A stretch of DNA of 38,046 nt, taken from the NCBI GenBank assembly GCA_034670305.1, contig JAXMNT010000065.1:1-38046 (forward strand), written 5' to 3'. Source of the stretch: Deltaproteobacteria bacterium. GTDB lineage: Bacteria; Myxococcota_A; Polyangia; Polyangiales; Houyiibacteriaceae. Numbering within the stretch: the first letter of the stretch is position 1; the number at the start of each line of letters is the position of its first letter. A program made the position numbers and the translations under genes. The notes beneath the pieces are model-generated. The model was not told the origin of the DNA. It worked only from the letters and a program-made list of their open reading frames with translations, and ran no database searches. This document shows, one piece after another, positions 1-9,249 of the stretch.

Positions 1-1
1 C

Positions 2-40
2 GCGATGCTCGTCGCGCTGATCAAGCGATCTGACCGCTGA
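2..40 (+). CDS. Probable 3' end of a gene entering from outside the window (..AMLVALIKRSDR*)
   Basis: Open frame with mostly G/C-ending codons, ending in TGA at 38-40 just before the repeat element. Too short to identify. Confidence 0.35.
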   Translation, partial: AMLVALIKRSDR

Positions 41-42
41 TC

Positions 43-123
43 CGCGGGCAAGGGCAAAGGCAAGGGCAGGGGCAAGGGGCAGGCTGCGAGAACGCCCTGC
101 GGGCGTTCTTCAGCAACCTGCTA
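43..123 (-). repeat. Hairpin + (CCCTTG)n REP/terminator-like element, copy 1
   Basis: Minus strand reads TAGCAGGTTGCTGAAGAACGCCC-GCA-GGGCGTTCTCGCAGCCTGC then CCCTTGCCCCTGCCCTTGCCTTTGCCCTTGCCCGCG. It overlaps the stop of the 121..2301 gene. A related copy lies at 37917-37977. Confidence 0.75.
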
Positions 124-2301
124 GGCGCCGATGCGGCGTCTCCGGAACAGGAGCGCGCCCAGAAGCAGCGCGAACGGCAGCGCGTCACCGGCGCCCGTTG
201 TCCGGCAGCCGCAGCCGCTGTCGATGGGGGCCAGCGCGCCGGTGTCGACGCCGGAGCTCGGTCCGCCGTCGAGTGGATCGCCCCCATCGGAGCCAGGAAC
301 ACCGCCGTCCGGCATCTCCATCGGCTCTTCCGGGTTGGGCGGCTCGGGCGGCTCGGGGAGGGGCGGGTCGGGGCGGTCGGCGTTGGGCACGAACACCCCG
401 AGTAGATCCACGATGAGGTGCGTGCGCCGCAGCGAAGTGACGCAGATGCTGCCGTCTTCGCCGAGGGTCGAGAGCGCGACCGATCCGACGACGGGCCGGT
501 CGGCGCTGCCGTAGTTCAGGCTCGAGGTCAGAGGCGGATCGAACCCGCAGGGGTACACGGTGACAAATCCATGGTCGTCGGTGTCGAGCGTCGTGAGGTT
601 CACGACGACGCCGTGGATGTTCGCTGGCGCGCCGGCAAGCGACTGCACCGGGATCTCGACCACCTGGTTGTCCGCGAGCCGGCCCACGTAGCGCGCGCTC
701 TCCTCGCGGGTGTCGAGCAGCCGGGCCGGGTCGAGGCCTTGGTAGTCGAGCGCTCCGTCCGGGGTCCAGTAGCCGGTGACGTCCACCACGAGCTCCACGT
801 CCGACGACGACCAGAAACACACGCGGCCGTCGGCGCTCAGCCGCGAGACCACCGCCCCGGCGGTGACGCCTGGACCGACGTTCACGCTGCTGACGTCGGG
901 CATGCCCGACCCGCAGGCGTATGCGGTGATGAACCCGGGGGCGTCGGCGATGACGGCGACGGTCGCGACCACACCGGTCGCGCCCGCTGGCGCGCGCACG
1001 TCGACCGCGTACTCGGTCTCCGCGGCCACCGGGCCGTCGATCGAACGCGAGTCGTCCACCCGCAGCGGGCCCGCGACGCGGAAACCAGCGCCGTCTTGCA
1101 CGAACGCGCCGACCAGATCGCCGATCACGTCTACGGCGCCCGTGGTGTCGAAGACGACGCCGGTGCCGGTCGTGAACGCGACCGGTGCGGCGTTGCTCCG
1201 CGCGCCTACGAGGTTGTAGTTCACCGTCGAGGTGGGCGGCATCGGTCCAGTGGCGTGCACGCTCAGAAACCCAGGTTCGGCGCCGTTCACGGTCGCCGCG
1301 TTCACCCACACTCCGTCCGCGCCGCTCGGCAAACCAGGCCAGCTCGAGACGGTGCCGGTGCGGGTGGCGTCGAGCCGCTCGCCGCTGCCATCGGAGCGGA
1401 CCAGCGCGCTGCTGTCCGCAGGCGCCCGGGTGTCGAACACACGCGTCGGGCCGAGGAACTGGAACCGGGTCGGCGGTCCGATGGTGGACAAGGTCGGTCC
1501 GGCCGCGCCTGGCTCGAAGCGGGACTCCGGCGGCTCGGGCGGGCCGGCGGTCTCGCACCGGACCGGGTCGCTCATGCAAACCTGGCCGCTCGCCGCGCAG
1601 TCGACGTAGGAGCAGTCTTCGGCGACCGCCGCGGTGCCGTAGCAGACGATCGGACAGGTCTCGGCGGGCGGCCCTTCGGTGAAGAAGCGGGTGCGCCGCA
1701 GCGAACCGTCAATGCTCATCTCGATGTGCAGGTGGTTCTTGTGCGGGTCGCCCGACATCGGGATGAAGCCGCGCTCGCCGTTCCACCACATGCCGTCCCA
1801 GCCGACCCGCTGGATGCCGATGTATGCCGCGTTGGCGATGAGCCAGTTGGCCACCGCGTCGCCCAGTGTGTTGTCTGCGTCGCGGCTGCCGGTCAGCGGG
1901 ATCCCCGCATCGATCGCCCGCCCGATCGCGTGCACGCTGAGCTTCGAGAGGTTGTTGGAGTTGCGGCGGCAGTTGTAGGTGCCGTAGGGCAGCACGTACG
2001 ACCACCGCTCCCGGATGTACCGGTCGAGCTCCGAGGTGCCTGGGTGGGCGCGGGTGCATGCCGGATGCGTGCAGGTCGCGAAGGGGTCACTGCCCGGGCA
2101 GCTGCCGTGCGGCGAGACGTTCGGCGGATCGACCACATCGACGTACTGCGCGGCGGCCGCTCGGCGCACGCCCTCGGGCGGGTTCCAGGGACCGGGCACC
2201 GCGACGGCTTCGGTGTGTTCGCCGACTCCTTCGGGCGCCGAAGAGGCGGGCGCGCACTGAAGGAGACCAAGGGCGAGCAAGCAGAGCGGGACACGAATCA
2301 T
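121..2301 (-). CDS. Secreted MYXO-CTERM protein: M15/LAS-type Zn peptidase-like N-domain, three 'PxRxxDTR' beta repeats, Pro-rich linker
   Basis: Signal peptide MIRVPLCLLALGLLQC. SVHAIGRAID...HKNHLHIE fits the H-x6-D / HxH Zn motif. Repeats PTRVFDTR, PLRVDDSR, PARLLDTR. C-terminus SGCGCRTTG...hydrophobic...RRRR. Alternative TTG start at 2307. Confidence 0.85.
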   Translation of the reverse strand: MIRVPLCLLALGLLQCAPASSAPEGVGEHTEAVAVPGPWNPPEGVRRAAAAQYVDVVDPPNVSPHGSCPGSDPFATCTHPACTRAHPGTSELDRYIRERWSYVLPYGTYNCRRNSNNLSKLSVHAIGRAIDAGIPLTGSRDADNTLGDAVANWLIANAAYIGIQRVGWDGMWWNGERGFIPMSGDPHKNHLHIEMSIDGSLRRTRFFTEGPPAETCPIVCYGTAAVAEDCSYVDCAASGQVCMSDPVRCETAGPPEPPESRFEPGAAGPTLSTIGPPTRFQFLGPTRVFDTRAPADSSALVRSDGSGERLDATRTGTVSSWPGLPSGADGVWVNAATVNGAEPGFLSVHATGPMPPTSTVNYNLVGARSNAAPVAFTTGTGVVFDTTGAVDVIGDLVGAFVQDGAGFRVAGPLRVDDSRSIDGPVAAETEYAVDVRAPAGATGVVATVAVIADAPGFITAYACGSGMPDVSSVNVGPGVTAGAVVSRLSADGRVCFWSSSDVELVVDVTGYWTPDGALDYQGLDPARLLDTREESARYVGRLADNQVVEIPVQSLAGAPANIHGVVVNLTTLDTDDHGFVTVYPCGFDPPLTSSLNYGSADRPVVGSVALSTLGEDGSICVTSLRRTHLIVDLLGVFVPNADRPDPPLPEPPEPPNPEEPMEMPDGGVPGSDGGDPLDGGPSSGVDTGALAPIDSGCGCRTTGAGDALPFALLLGALLFRRRRIGA

Positions 2302-2386
2302 GCGCAAGGATACCGCGTTTCGGGACGTCGCTGTTCAGAGGTGCTTCCGACCGTGCGCTTGGCGACCTTGGGTGTGAAACACTCGG

Positions 2387-2866
2387 GTGGTGCCTGCACG
2401 CAAGCGCCACCCGATCGAAGTCCGCATCGCAGCCGCTGCGGAAGCGCCGTTCCGCGCAGCGATTGGCTTTCATGCCCGTTCTTGGACGGAGCGCGACAAC
2501 GGCGCCGTGCTTCGTGCGGTGCTGGCCGATCGGCACAGCGCGCCCGTGCTCGAAGGGTCCAGCCCGTTGCTCGAAGACGACCGAGGCAACGCGCTCGTTC
2601 GCCGCGAAGGATCGATCGGCGGCACGCGCGGGGACGGGTTCACGACCTACCACGACCTGCTCTTCGTCGACGGTGTGCTCGTCTCGAGTTTCTTCGGCCA
2701 CGACTACGGGAACGAACTGGCGTTTTATCTCTACGCACCCACTGGCGCGCTCCTCGAGGACATGCGCATGCGGGTGCGCGCGGTCGCCACCGAACACGGA
2801 CTCACCGAACACGGGAAGGATGTTCGAGTAGGGGTCCCTCGAAAGCGGGCGGAACCCATCGAATAG
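2387..2866 (+). CDS. Hypothetical protein
   Basis: Fills the gap between flanking genes; high GC3 and protein-like composition. Start uncertain. Confidence 0.6.
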   Translation: MVPARKRHPIEVRIAAAAEAPFRAAIGFHARSWTERDNGAVLRAVLADRHSAPVLEGSSPLLEDDRGNALVRREGSIGGTRGDGFTTYHDLLFVDGVLVSSFFGHDYGNELAFYLYAPTGALLEDMRMRVRAVATEHGLTEHGKDVRVGVPRKRAEPIE

Positions 2867-2913
2867 CCGATACCGCGTGCGTGGCCGGCGCGCGGTGGTT
2901 ACCCATCGCGCAT

Positions 2914-3765
2914 ATGAAGAAAGAGAAAGACCTGGCCGCGGATGCGATGCGGCCCACGCACTTTGTCGTGCTCGATTTCGAAGCGACCTGCGACGAGAAC
3001 GAACCGCCGCGGCCTCAAGAGATCATCGAGTTCCCGTCGGTGTTGCTCGATGCCGAGACCTTCGAGGTCGTCGATGAGTTCGAGTCCTTCGTTCGGCCGA
3101 TCCACCACCCGACCCTCCGGCCCTTTTGCACCGAGCTGACCAGCATCACCCAGGCGCAGGTCGATGGCGCACCGACCTTTCCAGAAGTCATGGCTGCGCA
3201 CCTCGCTTGGCTGCAGTCGCACGGGCTGCCGATCGAAGGGCCGCTGCCCTATGTGATCGTGACCTGCGGCGACTGGGATCTGAAGACGATGCTGCCGAAC
3301 CAGCTCGCCGCGTGCGATCCGCCGATCGACTTCCTGCCCGAGCCGTACCGGCAGTGGCTGAACGTGAAGGTTCCGTTCAAGGCGTGGAACATGAAGAAGG
3401 TGAGTGCCGGCATGGCGCGCATGCTGGAGCTGCTCGGCATCGAGCTCGTCGGCCACCATCACCGCGGCATCGACGACAGCCGCAACATCGCGAAACTCGT
3501 GCGGGCCTTGGCCGCCCGCCACCAGACGCTCGGCGTCACCGCAGAGGTGCCACCCTCGCGGTACCCGGTGATCGAAGTGATGCTGGAACGCGGCGCGCAG
3601 CGGGCACCGCTCACGCTCTCCAAACGCGTGCGCAAGACGTTGCTCGGCGGCGCCAGCGGGGTGCTGCGCGCCCAGGCGCGGAAGGTGTTCCACGCCGGCC
3701 GTGAACTCACCGAAGATCGGGACCTCTTCGATCTTCGACCGGGCGACGTGTTGCAGGTCGAGTGA
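2914..3765 (+). CDS. ERI1/3'hExo-like DEDDh 3'-5' exonuclease with small C-terminal domain
   Basis: VVLDFEATC...EIIEFP, FCTELTSITQAQVD, VTCGDWDL, HHRGIDDSRNIA. This is the real 3' part of the 418..3765 ORF. Alternative ATG at 2947. Confidence 0.9.
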   Translation: MKKEKDLAADAMRPTHFVVLDFEATCDENEPPRPQEIIEFPSVLLDAETFEVVDEFESFVRPIHHPTLRPFCTELTSITQAQVDGAPTFPEVMAAHLAWLQSHGLPIEGPLPYVIVTCGDWDLKTMLPNQLAACDPPIDFLPEPYRQWLNVKVPFKAWNMKKVSAGMARMLELLGIELVGHHHRGIDDSRNIAKLVRALAARHQTLGVTAEVPPSRYPVIEVMLERGAQRAPLTLSKRVRKTLLGGASGVLRAQARKVFHAGRELTEDRDLFDLRPGDVLQVE

Positions 3766-3838
3766 CGCTGGGACCGCGCGAAGCGCGTGCGAGCCCCGAA
3801 CACCGTCGTTTGTGCGAGGCTCCGGTGGCCCCGCGATC

Positions 3839-4579
3839 ATGACGGACGAACCCACCCAGACCTCCGACGACTTCGAGCAAGAGATCGAGCACCGGCACCT
3901 TCGGACCCGCGCGCTGCTCGGGGTGCTCTTCGTCTCCGCTGGGGCCGCCGCGGCGTTGCTTGGACTGGGGCTGCTCCTCGGGGGCGTCGTGTGGCCGTGG
4001 TCGCTGGTCTTGATGGTGAGTCTCTCCTCGATGGGCGTCTACGTCCTGCGGGTGGGCATCCCCGGAGAACTCGCCCGCAACCGGTCGCCTGTGCCGCTGC
4101 GCATGTGGCTGCCGCCGGCGCTTGGGTTGATGCTGATCGCGACGGCGCTGCTCGCTTGGCCGCTTGGGGTCTACGAGGGGTTCGCGCTCGCGCGCTCGAA
4201 CTGCGCTGAGTTGCTGGGTCCGAGCGACTTGCGCGACCTCGGCATCGTCACGCGCGGACCGACGATCGACAACGGCGCGGACCAATGTTCGCTCGAACTG
4301 CGTGGCCTTGGCGGTCGCTCGGCGCTGCTGGTCGAGATGCAAGACGGAGTCACGGACCTCGACCTCTGGATGGCGGACTACGGCGACCACCGCGACGCGG
4401 AGGACGGACTCGGCGACGCGGGCCAACGTTCCGAGCTGCGTGGCGGCACCGTGCTCGGTTTCATCAAGGGCGACGTCGCCGCCCGGGTACAGTTTCCTCG
4501 CAGCGCGTGGTCCCACCCGCAGCTCGTGCAAGCCATCGCGGTGCTGAAGGAACGCGCCGCAGCGGAGATGGCGTTCTGA
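3839..4579 (+). CDS. Membrane protein: about 3 TM helices plus extracytoplasmic domain with two Cys
   Basis: MTDEPTQ start; hydrophobic segments, then a soluble C-terminal domain. Confidence 0.75.
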   Translation: MTDEPTQTSDDFEQEIEHRHLRTRALLGVLFVSAGAAAALLGLGLLLGGVVWPWSLVLMVSLSSMGVYVLRVGIPGELARNRSPVPLRMWLPPALGLMLIATALLAWPLGVYEGFALARSNCAELLGPSDLRDLGIVTRGPTIDNGADQCSLELRGLGGRSALLVEMQDGVTDLDLWMADYGDHRDAEDGLGDAGQRSELRGGTVLGFIKGDVAARVQFPRSAWSHPQLVQAIAVLKERAAAEMAF

Positions 4580-4581
4580 CG

Positions 4582-5127
4582 ATGCCCACGCTCTGTCGCG
4601 TGATGCTTGTGGTCACCTTTCTGTCCGCATGCACCGCCCCAGGCGCCACGTCGCCCGTCCCGGTAGGGACCACGCCGGTCGAAGCGTCGTCCGACCCCCC
4701 GCGCATCGTCGCGCGGCACCTCCTCTGGTCCGAACTCAGTGCGTTCGACTACGTCGACGGAATGGTCCTGCCCGACGAGGTCACCGCGCTCGATGGCGCG
4801 GAGGTGGAGATCCGCGGCTTCCTCCTCCGACTCGAAGAGGATCAATACATGGTGGTGGAGGCGCTGTGGGGACAGCACCACGGCCACCCGCCCGACTTGC
4901 ACGAGGCGGTCATCGTGCAATCGGACATCGACGCCGCACACCTCGAGCGGTGCCCCGTCACGGTGGTGGGCCGAATGTCGGTGGGTGAAGAGCAGGAGGA
5001 CGGCTACATCATCAGCCTGTTCCGACTGCGTTCGAGCGCGCTGCACTTCGATCCGGAAGGCGCCGCGGACCCCGAGGCACTCGAAGCCTGTCGAGACGCC
5101 GCCCGCACCGGCGAACGAACCTGGTAG
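4582..5127 (+). CDS. DUF3299-like lipoprotein
   Basis: Lipobox FLSAC. LLWSEL...LPDEVTALDGAEVEIRGFL...PVTVVGRMSVG...ISLFRL matches the DUF3299 OB-fold pattern. Confidence 0.75.
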   Translation: MPTLCRVMLVVTFLSACTAPGATSPVPVGTTPVEASSDPPRIVARHLLWSELSAFDYVDGMVLPDEVTALDGAEVEIRGFLLRLEEDQYMVVEALWGQHHGHPPDLHEAVIVQSDIDAAHLERCPVTVVGRMSVGEEQEDGYIISLFRLRSSALHFDPEGAADPEALEACRDAARTGERTW

Positions 5128-5204
5128 ACCCGGCGCCAGGTCAAACCCTCCACCCCAACCGCGCCCCCGGGCGTGCGGTGGTACGATGGCGCGTTGGGAG
5201 GTCC

Positions 5205-5267
5205 GGGATGGGTCGCAGGGTTCGAGGGATGGGTCGCGGTGCTCGAGGGATGGGTCGCAGGGTTCGG
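5205..5267 (+). repeat. 3 x 21-bp tandem repeat over the start of the vWA gene
   Basis: GGGATGGGTCGCAGGGTTCGA / GGGATGGGTCGCGGTGCTCGA / GGGATGGGTCGCAGGGTTCGG, with in-frame ATGs at 5208, 5229, 5250. Confidence 0.9.
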
Positions 5268-6482
5268 TGGGTCGTGGTGGCGATGACTGCGATGTTCGGC
5301 GGGTGCGATTGCAGCGCGTCGCTGGGCGATGCGTGCGCCACGGCTGCGGATTGCGAAGCCGGCGAGACGTGCGTCGACAGCCGCTGTGTGGCCCGCACCG
5401 ACACCGGCCCCGACGGCGAAGACGCGGGCGACGATCCGGTGGATGCGAACCTGCCCGACCTGGGCACGCCGGATGTGCCTCCGGGTGTCGACACCGGTCC
5501 GGCGGACACGTTCTGTGGCGGTGGCACGGTGGAGATCGACTACCGCGCACCAAACGTGATGGTGATCCTCGACCGCAGCTGTTCGATGCGGCGGCGCGTC
5601 GACATGCCGGGCGAGTTCGGCACCGGCCCCGACGACCCGCGCACCCGATGGAACCAAGCGACCTCCGCGGTGCTCTCCCTGGTGCGCGCGGACGAGACAC
5701 GCATCTTCTGGGGCCTTATGGCGTTCCCCGACTCGCGCGAGGGGTGTCCGGACGATGTGTCGGCGGAAGTGCTGCCGATGCCCCGTGCGGGCGATGCGAT
5801 CGAGACGGAGCTCGCGCGCAACCGGATTCAGCCCTTCGGTCTGTGCGGCACGCCGGAGCAGCCGGCGGAGACGCCCACACTGCCCGCGCTCCGCGCCGCG
5901 CGCGACCTGCCCGAACTGTTGACGGAAGAGCGCGAGAGTTTCGCGATCCTCATCGCGGACGGCGGGGCGAGCTGCGGCCACGACCGGGCCGACCTCGAGC
6001 GGGTGGCGGGCGCGATGCTCGACCGCGGCATCCCGACCGCGGTCATCGGGTTCACGACCGGCGGGACCGTGGAGACTTTGGAAGGCGTCGCGACCGCAGG
6101 CGGACTCCCGGCACCGGGCGGGCCGCCCTCGTACTACATCGCGGACGACCGAGCGTCGCTCGACACGGTGCTCGGCGAGATCCTGGAGCGCGTGGTCAGC
6201 TGCACGTTGCCGCTCGCGTCGGCGCCACCGGACGAGGAGATCTTCGTCTACGTCGACGGGGCCGAGCTGCCGGAGGACATGGCGGAGGGCTGGACCTACG
6301 ACATGGACACCAACGCCATCACCCTGCACGGCACCACGTGTACCGCTCTGCGGCGGGGCGACATCACGCGGGTCGAGGTCACGTTCGGCTGCCCGCCGAG
6401 CGAATGCGAGCCGCGCGCCGAGGTCTGCAATGGCCTCGACGAGGACTGCGACGGCGTGGTCGACGAAGACTGCTTGATGTAG
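5250..6482 (+). CDS. vWA-domain lipoprotein (CglB-like myxobacterial family) with C-terminal MopE-like Cys repeat
   Basis: Lipobox-like MFGGC. MIDAS residues NVMVILDRSCSM, ETPT, ILIADG. Ends EVCNGLDEDCDGVVDEDC. Start could be 5208 or 5229. Confidence 0.85.
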   Translation: MGRRVRWVVVAMTAMFGGCDCSASLGDACATAADCEAGETCVDSRCVARTDTGPDGEDAGDDPVDANLPDLGTPDVPPGVDTGPADTFCGGGTVEIDYRAPNVMVILDRSCSMRRRVDMPGEFGTGPDDPRTRWNQATSAVLSLVRADETRIFWGLMAFPDSREGCPDDVSAEVLPMPRAGDAIETELARNRIQPFGLCGTPEQPAETPTLPALRAARDLPELLTEERESFAILIADGGASCGHDRADLERVAGAMLDRGIPTAVIGFTTGGTVETLEGVATAGGLPAPGGPPSYYIADDRASLDTVLGEILERVVSCTLPLASAPPDEEIFVYVDGAELPEDMAEGWTYDMDTNAITLHGTTCTALRRGDITRVEVTFGCPPSECEPRAEVCNGLDEDCDGVVDEDCLM

Positions 6483-6580
6483 CGGCCAGGCCCGTCTTGT
6501 TCGACGGACCGTGACGGTGTTCGGGGTTCGCGTGGGGCGGTTCGACCCACTCTGCGACCCGGGGTACACCGACTCCGCCG

Positions 6581-7471
6581 ATGACCCCGAAGCTCGCGTA
6601 CCTGCTCGTACTCGCCGCGCTCTGGGGGCCGTCGTTCCTGTTCATCCGGGTGGTGGTGCACGAAGTGCCGCCGGTCACGATGGTGGCCGGCCGGATGCTC
6701 GCCGCGACGGCGATGCTCTACCTGCTCATGCGGCTGCGCGGTGGTCGCCTGCCGCGCGACCGGAAGACGTGGCTGCACCTGCTCTTCTTTGCGCTCATCG
6801 GCGCGGTGTTCCCGTTCGTGCTCGTCGGCTGGGGCGAGCAGTTCGTCGACAGCGCCGTGGCGTCCATCCTCAACGGCACGGTGCCGATCTTCACGCTGGT
6901 GCTGGCGCACTTCTGGACCGACGACGACCGCATGACGCCGAAGAGCGTGGTGGGGGTCCTGCTCGGCATGGGCGGGGTGGTGGTGCTGATCGCTCCGTCC
7001 ATGGGCGACGAGGTCACGTCCAGCGTGCTCGGCCTCTTCGCATGCGTGCTCTCCGCCGCGTTCTACGGCTGCTCCGGGGTGTACGCGCGAAAGCACCTGC
7101 GCGGGCTGACGCCGCTCGCGGCGCCCACGATGCAGTTCGGCATCACCGCCGTGATCCTCGTGCCGGTGAGCTTGGTGATGGACACGCCGTGGGACCTGCC
7201 GGCGATCTCGCTCGAGGCCTGGGGCGCGTGGGCGGGGCTGACGGTGCTCGGGACCGTGGCAGCGTTCGCCGTCTACTTCCGAATGCTCGAGATCGCGACC
7301 GCCAGCTACATCTCGATGGTGACGTACCTGGTGCCGGTGCTCGGTGTGTTGCTCGGGGTCTTGGTGCTCGGCGAGTCGCTTCGGTGGAACGCCTACGCGG
7401 GCTGCGCGCTCATCCTTTTTGGGGTGCTCGCGGTGAACGGTTTGCCGAAGCGCCAGCCGCGCGCTTCGTAG
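6581..7471 (+). CDS. EamA/DMT family transporter
   Basis: About 10 TM; LWGPSFLFIR, SAVASILNGTVPIFT, YLVPVLGVLLGVLVLGE. Confidence 0.92.
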   Translation: MTPKLAYLLVLAALWGPSFLFIRVVVHEVPPVTMVAGRMLAATAMLYLLMRLRGGRLPRDRKTWLHLLFFALIGAVFPFVLVGWGEQFVDSAVASILNGTVPIFTLVLAHFWTDDDRMTPKSVVGVLLGMGGVVVLIAPSMGDEVTSSVLGLFACVLSAAFYGCSGVYARKHLRGLTPLAAPTMQFGITAVILVPVSLVMDTPWDLPAISLEAWGAWAGLTVLGTVAAFAVYFRMLEIATASYISMVTYLVPVLGVLLGVLVLGESLRWNAYAGCALILFGVLAVNGLPKRQPRAS

Positions 7472-7486
7472 CATCGGCTTCGTTCT

Positions 7487-8167
7487 TCAGCGGTCCAGGT
7501 CAAGCCACTCGAACGCGTGCCGCAACGCGTCGCGGCCGCCCGTCTCGACGACCTCGCCGTGCGCCATCACGATCCGGTCGAAGTCCCAGCCCGCGATCGT
7601 GCCGATCTCCACCCGTGCTCGGTCGCGTTTCATCTTCAGCCGCTCGAGCACCGTGGTGCGGCAGCCGGGGTACCCACCGATGCACCAGAGTGCGGCGCGC
7701 GTGGTCCAAGGTGCGGTCTTCGTGAAGTGGAAGACGAGATCCGTGGCGACCAACGTACGACTCGGCTTGTGCAAGAGGACGACCTCGTTCGAGAGGTCGA
7801 AGCAGGTCAGCGTGAGCACCTCGAGTTCGTCGCCGAAGTGCTGCGCACCGGTTTCGACGATGCCCTCGAACGAGACATCGGGCCGCTTCTCCGGCAACCC
7901 CGGTGCGGCCCATCCTTCGAGCCCCGCGTCGATCCACGGGCCGACGTAGAGGTGGTGGAACTTGTTCGGCGCGAGCGCCCAGCGCGGCTCGCCGAGCGTG
8001 CCGACTTCGTCGGCGATCTGTCCCGGATCGACCGCGAGCGGCGAGTGCACCAGCAGTCCGCCGTCCAGTTCGAGCACGGTCATGCGGGCGCCGAGTTCGA
8101 CGCCGCCGAACCGCTGCGGCGCCTCCGCGACATGCACCCCAGGCGCGATCTTCCGAAGCATCGTCAT
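7487..8167 (-). CDS. DUF4336 family (metallo-beta-lactamase-like fold) protein
   Basis: RMTVLEL..GLLVHSP, APNKFHHLY, EVVLLHKPSRTLVATD, WDFDRIVMAHGE. Confidence 0.85.
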   Translation of the reverse strand: MTMLRKIAPGVHVAEAPQRFGGVELGARMTVLELDGGLLVHSPLAVDPGQIADEVGTLGEPRWALAPNKFHHLYVGPWIDAGLEGWAAPGLPEKRPDVSFEGIVETGAQHFGDELEVLTLTCFDLSNEVVLLHKPSRTLVATDLVFHFTKTAPWTTRAALWCIGGYPGCRTTVLERLKMKRDRARVEIGTIAGWDFDRIVMAHGEVVETGGRDALRHAFEWLDLDR

Positions 8168-8205
8168 GCCCACGACTCTGGGGCCATTCGTGGTCCCGGG
8201 ACAAG

Positions 8206-9150
8206 TCAGATGCCCGGGATGCGCCAGGTGAGGCCGGCCCGGACGACGTAGGCCCGCGGGAGGCTGTCGGCGCCGCCGGGGAGGGTGTCGCCGTCGGCGT
8301 TCTTCGGTTCGAAGCGGCGGTAGAAGAGGCCGCCCGCGTAGGCGTTCAGCCAAACGCTCGAGAACAGCCGGACCGAGACGTCGACGCCCGCCGAGGCGGT
8401 GGAGTACGCGAGGTTGTCCATGCACGCGTTCGGTTCCGGCGCGCGCCCCGACCCCTCCACGACTTCATCTTGGCAGGGCCACGCGCCCCGGATGCGTTCG
8501 TCCCGCACGCCGTAGCTGTTGCCGGACACGTCGACCCGAGCGCTCACCTCGAGACGGTTCGGCACTGGGATCGATCGCAGCGCCAGGAACGCGGGCAGGA
8601 ACATCTCGAACTCGAGCCACGTGCGGATCTTCACCTCGAGGTAGATCGCCGGAAGCGGCAGAAGAGTGCCGAAGCTGTAGCTGATCAGCCCGCCGCCACC
8701 GAAGACCACCTTCTTCGAGAACGTCCGGGTCGCCATCGCGAGGGCGTTCATCCGGAAGAGCCCGCGTTCGAAACGCACCACGTCGCCGGCCAGGCCGGGG
8801 GCCAGTCGGATCGAGAGCGCCCAGTCCTTGGGCAAGAGCCGGACGAAGAGCAGCGACACATCGACGGCCTGGAACCGCCGCAGCTGGGCGAACTCGGTCG
8901 GCGCGTCTTCGAACGACACGGCGTCGACGTGGTAGGCGACGCCAGGAATCAGGAACGTGCGTTCGGTGAGCTTGATCGGTGCGCCCGCTTCGACGTGGTA
9001 CGCGGAGACCTGCGCGCGCGTGGGTGCTTGCGCCAGATCGACAGCCGGTACGTACTCGGCCGAGACGCTCAACAAGTCGGGGAACTGCGCCATGGCGGGC
9101 GCCGATGCGAGAAGCCACGCGACGACCGCTGCGAATCGAAAAGCCAACAC
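8206..9150 (-). CDS. Outer-membrane beta-barrel protein (DUF6268-like)
   Basis: GTG start with signal peptide ..LLASAPAMA/Q; alternating amphipathic strands; LLPLPAIY; terminal strand VRAGLTWRI. Confidence 0.75.
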   Translation of the reverse strand: MLAFRFAAVVAWLLASAPAMAQFPDLLSVSAEYVPAVDLAQAPTRAQVSAYHVEAGAPIKLTERTFLIPGVAYHVDAVSFEDAPTEFAQLRRFQAVDVSLLFVRLLPKDWALSIRLAPGLAGDVVRFERGLFRMNALAMATRTFSKKVVFGGGGLISYSFGTLLPLPAIYLEVKIRTWLEFEMFLPAFLALRSIPVPNRLEVSARVDVSGNSYGVRDERIRGAWPCQDEVVEGSGRAPEPNACMDNLAYSTASAGVDVSVRLFSSVWLNAYAGGLFYRRFEPKNADGDTLPGGADSLPRAYVVRAGLTWRIPGI

Positions 9151-9203
9151 GAGGGCCCAGTGCCGGCGGCGCGCCCCAACGTTGCAAAGAAGCGCGACTG
9201 GCA

Positions 9204-9249
9204 GCGCGGTTGCTGCGCGGGTTCCTGGATGGGCGCGCAATCGTTGCGC
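9204..9249. promoter_or_regulatory. Pair of GCGCA-N5-TGCGC-type palindromes (putative enhancer sites)
   Basis: GCGCG-GTTGC-TGCGC (9204-9218) and perfect GCGCA-ATCGT-TGCGC (9235-9249), 31 bp apart, upstream of a sigma-54 site. Confidence 0.65.

Noticed and set aside
418-2913. 5' three-quarters of the 1115-aa + strand ORF
   Set aside because: Antisense shadow of the MYXO-CTERM gene plus off-frame sequence; only 2914..3765 has recognisable motifs.
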